Source: Mustelus asterias (lineage: Eukaryota). Taken from it: a stretch of DNA of 64,000 bases. The stretch is taken from the NCBI RefSeq assembly GCF_964213995.1, contig NW_027590177.1:558001-622000 (forward strand). Direction: 5' to 3'. Under the pieces are notes generated by a model. It had not been told where the DNA came from. It was given only the letters and a program-made list of their open reading frames with translations, and did no database searches. Positions 11,316 through 20,317 of the stretch are shown here, one piece after another; the first letter of the stretch is position 1; the number at the start of each line of letters is the position of its first letter. A program made the position numbers and the translations under genes.

Positions 11316-12030
11316 ATGAAAGTTTCAAGTTTTTGTGCCCAGATCACCAACAACCCGTCCTGGTCCCTCCAAACTGACGCTACAGTTAAGAAAGCCCACC
11401 AACGCCTCTACTTTCTCAGGAGGCTAAGGAAATTCGGCATGTCTGCTCCGACTCTCACCAACGTTTACAGATGCACCATAGAAAGCATCCTCTGTGAATG
11501 TATGACAGCTTGATATGGCTCCTGCTCTGACCAAGACCACAATAAACTACAAAGTGTTGTGTCTGAAACCCAGTCCATCACGCAAACCAGCCTCCTATCC
11601 ATCGACTCTGTCTACACTTCCCTCTGCCTCAGCAAAGCAGCCGGCATAATCAAGGACCCCACACACCCCAGATATACTCTTTTCCTCCTTCTTCAGTCAG
11701 GGAAAAAAATAAAAAAATCTGAGGTCATCTTCCAACCGATTCAAGAGCAGCTTCTTCCCTGCTGCTGTCAGACTTTTGAATGGACCTAACTTATGTTAAG
11801 TCTCTGCACCCCAGCTATGACTGTAAGACTACATTCGATACCCTCTCTTTCCCTTCTCTATTAACGTCATGCTTTGTCTGTATAGCGCAAGAAAAAGTAC
11901 TTTTCACTGTATACTAATAAACCTGTTGGACTTTAACCTGGTGTTGTTAAACTTCTTACTGTGTTTACCCCAGACCAACGCCGACATCTCCACATCAGTA
12001 CTAATACATGTGACAGTAATAAATCAATTT
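11316..12030 (+). mobile_element. Rex1/Babar-clade LINE 3' fragment
   Basis: KKAHQRLYFLRRLRKFGMS..TLTNVYRCTIESIL and IIKDPTHP motifs typical of the Rex1/Babar ORF2 C-terminus; tail catgtgacagtaataaatcaa. Confidence 0.8.
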
Positions 12031-12959
12031 TTTTTAAAAATGGTATATTAGTTAAATAGGCAGAAAAGACAAATGAGCCATAACAAGTGAGAACAGTTTA
12101 CTGATCCCGGATCAGCGGGATGCTGAGCTCTGTGTTTGGAGGTGACAGTCTCCCCGGAATGGTTTCCTGGTCCCGGATCAGACACTCGGACGGATGAAGC
12201 TGATCTCTGCCGCTGGAGGTGACGGTCTCTTCGGATCTCACTCCTCTGGATCCAGTCAAAGTGTTTGGTGTCTGTCTGAATCCAGCACGGATCACTTTGA
12301 AAAACTCTTTCCTGTCCAAAGTGATTTTCCCTCTCGAGCCTGTTTAACCTTCACTCAGACATTTGGTTAAATTCCAGGTCATAAGATCCAACCTTATCCG
12401 GTTTAGAAATGTCTTGTGTCAGGGTTTATGACAGAGACATGTCCTGGATAGAGATAACAAGTCTATCCTGTGTTTGTCACCCAGCAAGCTGCTATGGAAG
12501 CTTTCTTCATAAGAGAGTGAGCTGTTTCTATTAATATTCAATAAATGTCTTGACATTTTATGAAGACTTTATTAGATGGTGATTTTTTACAAAACAAGCC
12601 CTGAAATCAGAGATTGGTGTAAAACTGCAATCTGTTCCTGACTGAAAGTGAAGTTTCCAGTCTGAAAATGTCTTTGATTTGAAGTTTCCGAGTGTTTATG
12701 TGATATTCCTGAGTTTTCCCATGTCAGGCAGTGACAACAACAACTGGCATTGACCCATTAACAGATTAAAGTTACCGAGACTTCACAGAGGCTCAGAAAG
12801 GGAAGGAGAGGGATGGTGGAGAAATTGTCATTCACCAAAGGCGTGGGAAGTTTGTCAAAATATTAATTTCCTTTTTAACTCATAATAAATCCAATGTACT
12901 GTTTGGAACCACATCCAGGGTTAGGGTGAGGTATTAGTTAAGGTGAGATATTAGGGAGG

Positions 12960-13145
12960 GTGAGGTGTTGGTTCGAGTGAGGTGTTGGTTCGAGTGAGGT
13001 GTTGGTTCGAGTGAGGTGTTGGTTCGAGTGAGGTGTTGGTTCGAGTGAGGTGTTGGTTCGAGTGAGGTGTTGGTTCGAGTGAGGTGTTGGTTCGAGTGAG
13101 GTGTTGGTTCGAGTGAGGTGTTGGTTCGAGTGAAGTGTTGGTTCG
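12960..13145 (+). repeat. 17-bp minisatellite, about 11 copies
   Basis: (gaggtgttggttcgagt)n, near perfect. Confidence 0.97.
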
Positions 13146-13787
13146 GATTCGGGGTGTAGGTTGGGATCTTGCTGTTTGGAGCTGATCATGCAGATAAAGA
13201 TTGGGATCTTGCTGTGTCTGTGTGTGGTTCCACTAAGGTTTATATTGTCTGTTTTAGGACCATATTCTTGTTTCCCAAACGTTAAGTAACAGATATTTGT
13301 TTGTGGGGTTGTTTGATTTGGAACAGTACACTTGGCTGTTCAGGTTTATACAATATCATGGTTGTTCTTTTTTTGTAATTGATAAAAATTATGCAAATTT
13401 TCTTGTTATATGTTAACTGTGTTCTTAAATAAGATTTTACATTGTTTATAATGGGATTGTGAAAACCACATTGTGTTGTTCCCATGTGATTCTGTGGTTT
13501 CTGAGAGCAGGTCTTCCTGTGTTCGGATATTCTGTTGGTTTCAGGATGTCTCAGTGTTTACATGTCCTACAATTTCCTTCAATTCAATGTTGTTTTTCAT
13601 CAGTCCCTGATGTGGAAATCAAATTATGGCTTCAACCCTCAGTAAATGGGTGCACTATGTTTGTGTGTGTGGCTGTGTGAGAGGGTCAGGTTGGGTGTGT
13701 CGTTGTGGGGGGTTGTCTGTCCCTATCTCGCTCTGTCTGTGTTGGTTTGAAGGAACCTTCGCTAACTGGTGTCTGTTGTTTTCTTCT

Positions 13788-14102
13788 TAGAATCCCGACA
13801 GTACAGGAGGAGGCCATTCAGCCCATCGAGCCTGCACTGACAACAATCCCACCCTATCCCCGTAACCTCACATCTATTTACACTGCCAATCCCCCTGAAA
13901 TTAGGATCGATTTAGCATGGCCAATCAACCTAACCAGCACATCTTTGGACTGTGGGAGGAGACCGGAGCACCCGGAGGAAACCCACGCAGACACGAGGAG
14001 AATGTGCAAACTCCACACAGACAGTGACCCAAGCCGGGAATTGAATCCGGGTCCCTGGCGCTGACAGGCAGCAGTGCTAACCACTGTGCTACCGTGCTGC
14101 CC
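13788..14102 (-). mobile_element. HE1/V-SINE-type SINE
   Basis: Consensus head, core and tail on the minus strand. Confidence 0.9.
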
Positions 14103-14129
14103 TTGTGTTAGTATGTCTTGTGTTAGTTT

Positions 14130-14545
14130 AAACACTGCAGTTTGGAGAGGGGAGACTGGAGATGGGGAGTAGATTGTAAGGATGGTGGGGTCAAGGCTTT
14201 GTTTTTTGACACGGGTGTACTGATGGCAAATTCGAAAGAGGGACAGTACCTGAGAGAATCATTGACAATGTCCGCGGACACAGGGAAGTAGGAGATCAGT
14301 AGTTTAGTGGGAGATTTAGTGGGAATAGAGTCAATGGAGCAGGAGGTGGGGCTCATGGGCAAAATGAGTCTTAAGAAGCCATTAGGGGAGACGGGAGGGA
14401 AACGAGAGAAAGATGTTGATTCAGGGCTCCGGAAAGGTTGAAATTTAGAGAGAGTTTGGCCTTGTGGAAGAGAGAGAGTCAGCAGAGGCAGCTGATCAGA
14501 TTGTCCCAATCTTAGTGACAAAGAAGCTCCATGAAATCCTCATAC
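14130..14545 (-). mobile_element. Decayed L2-like LINE RT fragment
   Basis: CSIDSIPTK...ADIVNDSL...AISTPV resembles the pre-RT region of L2 elements. Confidence 0.55.
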
Positions 14546-14550
14546 TCCAC

Positions 14551-14800
14551 CTGTCTGCGTGGGTCTCCCCGGGTGCTCTAGTTTCCTCCCACAGTCCAAA
14601 GATGTGTGGGTTAAGTGGATTGGCCATGTTAAATTGCTCTTAGTGTCCAAAATGTGTATCTTAGAGGGATTAGCCATGGTAGACTTGCGGGGTTATGGGT
14701 ATTGGGCAGGGGTGGGTGTGGACTTGGGTAAGAAGCTCTTTTGGAGAGTTGGTGCAGACTCCAAGGGCCAAATGGCCTCCTTCTGCACTGTAGGGATTCT
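14551..14800 (+). mobile_element. HE1/V-SINE-type SINE, 5'-truncated
   Basis: V core and tail only. Confidence 0.8.
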
Positions 14801-15066
14801 TACATAAGTTCTAACAGTCTAACTTGTTGGAGATGAGGATTGAGGAGACAGGGGAGTGGGAGAGCTCTTCAAAAGGATCTGAATTGCGTGAGAGATATCA
14901 AAAAGATTCAACACAATGCGTATATTCAACACAAAACTGATTTATTTGACTTTTAGTGAGAATATTAGCCCCTGTAAGTGGCTGGGGTTTATTACCAATG
15001 TAAACAGACCCTAATGAACATGGTTCAGTCCTGAATGTCACTGACAGCAAAGTTCAATCACTATAG

Positions 15067-16188
15067 TTACTTGTGAAGTCTCTGGTGTCTGAGCAGGTGC
15101 GATGAAGTCATGAATCTCTTCCCACATTCAGAGCAGGTGAACGGTCTCTCCCCGGTGTGAATTCTCTGGTGTACAGTGAGTTGAGAAGATTGCCTGAACC
15201 CAGTCCCACAGTGAGAGCACCTGAACGGTCTCTCGTCAGTGTGAACACGTTGATGGAACATCAGTTCCCCAGAACTTTTATAGCACTTCCCACAGTCTGG
15301 GCATTTAAAAGGTCTGTCGTCATTGTGAACTCGCTGGTGTGTCAGCAGAATGGTTGATGTAGTAAATCCCTTCCCACACTCACAGCAGGTGAATGGCCTC
15401 ACCGCAGAGTGAACTCTCTGATGTTTCAGCAGGCTAGATGACTGAGTGAATCCTTTCCCACACACACAGCAGGTAAACAGCCTTTCCCCAGAGTGGATTC
15501 GCTGGTGTTTCAGCAGGTCTGATGACTGGGTGAATCCCTTCCCACAGTTGGAGCAGGTGAACGGCCTCTCCCCAGTGTGAATTCGCTGATGTACAGTGAG
15601 CACAGATGATCGTCTGAACCCAGTCCCACAGTGAGAGCACCTGAATGGTCTCTCCCCTGTGTGAACTCGCTGATGTACAATGAGTTGAGGTGATCGTCTG
15701 AACCCAGTCCCACAGTGAGAGCACCTGAACGGTTTCTCATCAGTGTGAAGACGTTGATGGGACATCAGTACGCCAGAACTTTTAAAACACCTCCCACAGG
15801 CTGGACATTTAAAAGGTCTTTCGTCACTGTGAACTCGCTGGTGACTCAACAGTTCGGCTGAAATACTGAATCCTTTCCCACACTCGGAGCAGGTGAATGG
15901 TCTCTCGCTGGAGTGAACTCGCTGGTGTTTGGAAAGGTCGGACGACTGAATGAATCCCTTCCCACACACAGAACAGGTGAAAGGCCTCTCCCCAGTGTGG
16001 CTGCGGCGATGTGTTTCCAGTTTGGACGGAGAAATGAATCCTTTCCCACAGTCCTCACATTTCCATGGTTTCTCCTTAGTTTGACTGCACTTGTGGTTTG
16101 ACAGGCCAGGTGATTGGCTGAAGCCTTGTGCACACACACAACATGTGTACGGCTTCTCTCCACTGTGAACGGTGCTTTTTCCTTCCAT
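15067..16188 (-). CDS. C2H2 zinc-finger protein (locus 4), 373 aa, 12 canonical fingers plus 1 atypical N-terminal finger
   Basis: Uninterrupted [19 protein letters not shown]...HQRLHK*; cassette acceptor region at ~16290 and cassette 3' UTR at 14930-15060. Confidence 0.9.
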   Translation of the reverse strand: MEGKSTVHSGEKPYTCCVCAQGFSQSPGLSNHKCSQTKEKPWKCEDCGKGFISPSKLETHRRSHTGERPFTCSVCGKGFIQSSDLSKHQRVHSSERPFTCSECGKGFSISAELLSHQRVHSDERPFKCPACGRCFKSSGVLMSHQRLHTDEKPFRCSHCGTGFRRSPQLIVHQRVHTGERPFRCSHCGTGFRRSSVLTVHQRIHTGERPFTCSNCGKGFTQSSDLLKHQRIHSGERLFTCCVCGKGFTQSSSLLKHQRVHSAVRPFTCCECGKGFTTSTILLTHQRVHNDDRPFKCPDCGKCYKSSGELMFHQRVHTDERPFRCSHCGTGFRQSSQLTVHQRIHTGERPFTCSECGKRFMTSSHLLRHQRLHK

Positions 16189-17454
16189 GTTTAAAATCTG
16201 ATGATATTCAGTTCAGAATAAATTGAGCAACTCTGTCCAATACTGATGTTACCTTTTGTTTGAGCTTCTGGACTGCAATTCCCCTGTGAAATTGATTTAA
16301 AACACAAAAAAGGGAGTGAGAGAAAACCATTAAAACACAAAGGCAGATTGTGAAATTGAGCTGAATGAATCTAGTAATTTGTGGGTCCGGCTCTTGGAAA
16401 AAGTGGTTGAGGCAGAGTCCTTGAATAAGTTTAAGGCAGAACTGGATAGATCCTTGATAAGCAATGGAGTGGAAGGTTATCAGGAGTAGGCAGGAATGTG
16501 AAGTTGAGGTGAAAATTAGATCAGCCACAGGGTGGAGCAGATTCGAGGGACCAAGTGGCCTATTCCTGCTCCTAATTTGTATGTAAAAAGTACAGGGGAT
16601 GTGAGGAAGCATGCTTTTACACAGCAAGTGGCAATGACCTGAAACTTGCTGCTTATGAGTTGGGTGGAAATGGACACGATGAATAATTTCAAAATGAAAT
16701 TGGATAGACACTAGACGGAAATAAAGCTGCAAAGATATGAGGATAGAGCAGAGGAATGGGACTAACTGGCTTGCTGTCAACAGCTTGCATGGATCCAATG
16801 GGCTGAATGGCCTCTGCACCAGAATGGCATTTTCTTGTAATCTCACCTAATTTAACCCTGGGAGTTCAGATATCACTCGGCTACATCTGTTCTACGCTCT
16901 CTCCAGGGCCATTATGTCCTGTTGCCCGGAACTGAGCACAGTTCTCCAGATGTGGTCCCAGGGTTTGTGAATCCCGGGGCCTTTCCAGTCACACTGAAAC
17001 CCAAAATCTTCTCTCACAGACACAATCGACAAAACTGTTACCTTCCACATTCCGAGGCTGCTAATATTCAGGTTCTGATGTATTGCGTGACTCCATCAGA
17101 ATTCTCCACTTCCAGCACTCTGTAAATTTACAGAAACCATCACAGTCAGTCCAGGATAGAAATTCACAACATTCTCTCCTCCAAGTTGCCAATTGTGATT
17201 AAATGTTTCCTGGAGGTTTTATCACGTCTTTTCTATTGTGCCCATCCTCCAACCACTAATCAGTCAACACATCCATCCCCACTGCCTTCCTGGGCCAATT
17301 GGAAAGCTAAAAAGACTCCTTACCTTACAGCATAATGATTGACAGTTAGGCAAACATTTTTTTATCCATTTTCAATATTTTTATATCCGGTGAAGAGAAA
17401 TGTTCAAAGGAAAATGACAACAAAAGATATCTTTTTTAATGTCCTGAATGTTTT

Positions 17455-17950
17455 AGAGACTGAGGTTTGAATCCCACTACAGCAGATGGTGAAATTTGAA
17501 TTCAAGAAAAAACTGGAATTGAAAGTCGAATAATGACCATGAAACCATTGTCGATTGTTGTAAAAAGCCAACTGATTCACTAATGTCCTTGAGCCAAGGA
17601 AATCTGCTGCCTGACCTGGTCAGGTCTATCTGTGATTCCAGATCCACAGCAGTGTGGTTGGTTGACTCTTAAAATGCCCCGTGAAGTGCACTCAGTTCAA
17701 GGGCAAATAAAGATGGGCAATAGATGCTGGTCCAGCCAGTGGCAGCCACATTCCCTGGATGTGTTGGGAAACAAATCTCCCATCCTTATCTGGTCTGGCC
17801 TAAATATGACTCCAAACTACATAGATGTGGTTGACTCTTAAAATGCCCTGTGAGATGGTCTAGCAAGCCACTCAGTTGAAGGACAATTAGGGATGGGCAA
17901 TAAATACTGGTCCAGCCAGCGACTCCCACATTCCCTGAATGAATGAAAAA
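17455..17950 (+). mobile_element. Deu-domain (SacSINE1-like) SINE with a duplicated 3' part
   Basis: gaatcccac...gaaatttgaattc...gaccatgaaaccattgtcgattgttgtaaaa...cactaatgtcctt; the tail occurs twice (17600-17760 and 17780-17945). Confidence 0.65.
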
Positions 17951-17974
17951 ATTCCTGGCGAGTCCAGTCCAATC

Positions 17975-18320
17975 CGGGAGAGTTGGTAACTGGGCCAGGC
18001 TCACAGCGCATGCGCTCTGCTGTACATTGTTCCTGTAAAGATGGCGGCCGCTAACCCGGGCCTGGAGCCGCTCAGCTCCGACTCTATTCAGTACCAATTG
18101 AAGCGGGACCGGGAACATTTTATTCTGGATTGAAGCCTCTACGGGGTATTTATGAAGCCTCCCAGCCCACTCCGCTGCTTCTATCCCTCCCCGGTCACCC
18201 AGCGGCTCCATTACTGAACCTCACTCCATTGTTTCTTTCCGGCTCCTCGCAGCTCCAGTCACAGTCCGGGCTGCGCATGCTCCGGTCAGAGCCAGGTACC
18301 GCGTTTGCGCAAAACGGTGC
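17975..18320 (-). promoter_or_regulatory. GC-rich promoter/first-exon module for ZNF locus 4
   Basis: YY1 AAGATGGCGGCC (~18038), NRF1 GCGCATGCGC (~18006) and TGCGCATGC (~18272), CCAAT boxes. Confidence 0.7.
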
Positions 18321-18508
18321 TGTAATGTGGATAGGGCACATTCTCACCCGCAGAGAATGTTGGGTAATCACCCCGCCATTCACACTGGTTTTGTTAAAAA
18401 GAAAATATGGTTTGCGATCTGAATATGATTGGTACCATTGGGCCACTATAACAAATGTATTAAATCGATTGATATGGAACTAAGGACTGATATAGTAACT
18501 AAGGACTG

Positions 18509-18821
18509 AGGTGGCACAGTTGCAAGCGCTGCTGTCTCACAGCACCAGGGAACCAGGTTCAATTCCGGCCTTGGGTTACTGTCTGTGTGGACTTTGCATG
18601 TTCTCCCTGTGTCTGTGCGGGTGTCTTCCGGGTGCTCTGGTTTCCTCCCACAGTCCAAAGGTGTGCAGGTTATGTTAATTGGCTATGCTAAAATGCCCCT
18701 TAGTGTCAGGGGGATTAGCAGGGTGGATACTTGGGGTTATGGGGATAGTGCATGGGTAGGATTGTTGTCGGTGTGGGCTGAATGGCCTCCTTCTGCACGG
18801 TAGGGATTCTATGATTCTATG
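18509..18821 (+). mobile_element. HE1/V-SINE-type SINE
   Basis: Consensus core and (attctatg)2 tail. Confidence 0.88.
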
Positions 18822-19654
18822 AGCATAGGCTCTCCACTAAAGTTCGGTTCTGGGTCTGATTGACAACAGAACAAACATCTACAGTTAGAAGTGAACACAT
18901 CAGGATCTCAGCAGGTTTTCCCCATGGACAGAACAGTTAAACTGCCCCTTGCCAATAAGAATGCTGACATTGGATCAAATGCTTTGAGCTTTTAAAGTCA
19001 GAGTATTAGCCACTGAGGAAAACTAAGGAAATCCCTTTGCACATGTGAAGTGTCTGAGTGTTGTCCCTCTAGTCTAACTGTGCTGTTCTATCGGTAAATG
19101 AGATGACTGAGTGAATCCATTTCCACATTCAACTGGGAAATAATCTTTTGATAATGGGATTTTACCCAAAGATTTACAGCTCCGACGGTAATCTCACACC
19201 TTCTGATGATGTGTTCAGCATTCTTTGTGCTCTCCAGTCAAAGACAAGTAAAATATTGCAGATGCTGGAAATCAAAATGTAAAATTCTGGAAATACTCAG
19301 CAGATCTAGTAGCATCTGTAGAGCAAGAAACAGAGTTTGCATTTTAGGCCCATGACCATTCAACACCCAGGCCTGAAAATTAGCACACTTTCTCCAACCA
19401 GAGATAGGCTATTATTTCCAGCATTTTCTGTTTTTATTTCTCATCTGTCTGAGAATGGAAACATCTTCCACTTGTCTACTGTGTCGAGCCTTTTCATAAT
19501 CTTAATCAGATCATCCTCACTCCCTTTTCCAGAGAAAATATTTACAGACTGTCCAGTCTTTCTTGCTGGGTATAACTGCCTGTTCAGGCATCTTTCTAGT
19601 CTATTTTCCCGCATCTTCTCCAGTCCTTCTAGACCCATTTTATAATAGCAGTCC

Positions 19655-20317
19655 GTGCAGGGATCCCCGGTGGTCGTTCCCCTTAGCAACAAGTATTCCG
19701 CTTTGGATATGGTTGAGGGGGATGACATACCAGTGGGGAGCCGCAGTGAGAGGATCTCCAGCACTGTGTCCGTCTCTGTGGCTCGGGAGGGAAAGGGGGA
19801 GAGCGGGAGGGCGATAGTTATTGGGGACTCGTTAGTTAGAGGGATAGATAGGAGGTTCTGTGGCAGCAAAAGAGACTCACGGATGGTATGTTGCCTACCG
19901 GATGCCAAGGTCCGTGATGTCTCAGACCGTGTTTTCCAGATTCTGAAGGGGGAGGGGAAACAGTCACAAGTCGTGGTGCACATTGGTACCAATGACATAG
20001 GTAAGAGAAGGGACGGGGATTTAAAGCAGGAATTTCTGGAGCTGGGCTGGAAGCTGAGAGCCAAGACGAAACATGTGGTCATCTCTGGTACGTTGCCGGT
20101 ACCACGTGATAGCGAGTTGAGGAACAGGGAGAGAGTGCAGTTAAATATGTGGTTGCAGGGATGGTGTAGGAGGGAGGGTTTCAGATACGTGGATAATTGG
20201 AACACGTTCTGGGGAAGGTGGGACCTGTACAAACAGGACGGGGTGCACCTGAACCAGAGGGGCACCAATATCCTCGGAGGGAAATTTGTTACGGCTCTTC
20301 AGGGGGGTTTAAACTAA
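19655..20317 (+). CDS. LINE ORF1 C-terminal part, SGNH/GDSL esterase domain
   Basis: SGNH blocks VIGDSLVRG, VHIGTND and DGVHLN. It begins at GTG because the N-terminus was lost by truncation. Confidence 0.9.
   Translation: MQGSPVVVPLSNKYSALDMVEGDDIPVGSRSERISSTVSVSVAREGKGESGRAIVIGDSLVRGIDRRFCGSKRDSRMVCCLPDAKVRDVSDRVFQILKGEGKQSQVVVHIGTNDIGKRRDGDLKQEFLELGWKLRAKTKHVVISGTLPVPRDSELRNRERVQLNMWLQGWCRREGFRYVDNWNTFWGRWDLYKQDGVHLNQRGTNILGGKFVTALQGGLN

Noticed and set aside
15067-16188. Assigning mammalian ZNF gene symbols or a KRAB domain
   Set aside because: Lineage-specific arrays give only generic similarity, and no KRAB-A motif was seen in any listed ORF.
19441-20268. 275-aa antisense ORF over LINE ORF1, and other antisense ORFs over CR1 copies
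   Set aside because: Crosses the element boundary and has no recognisable motifs; shadow ORFs are common on RT elements.
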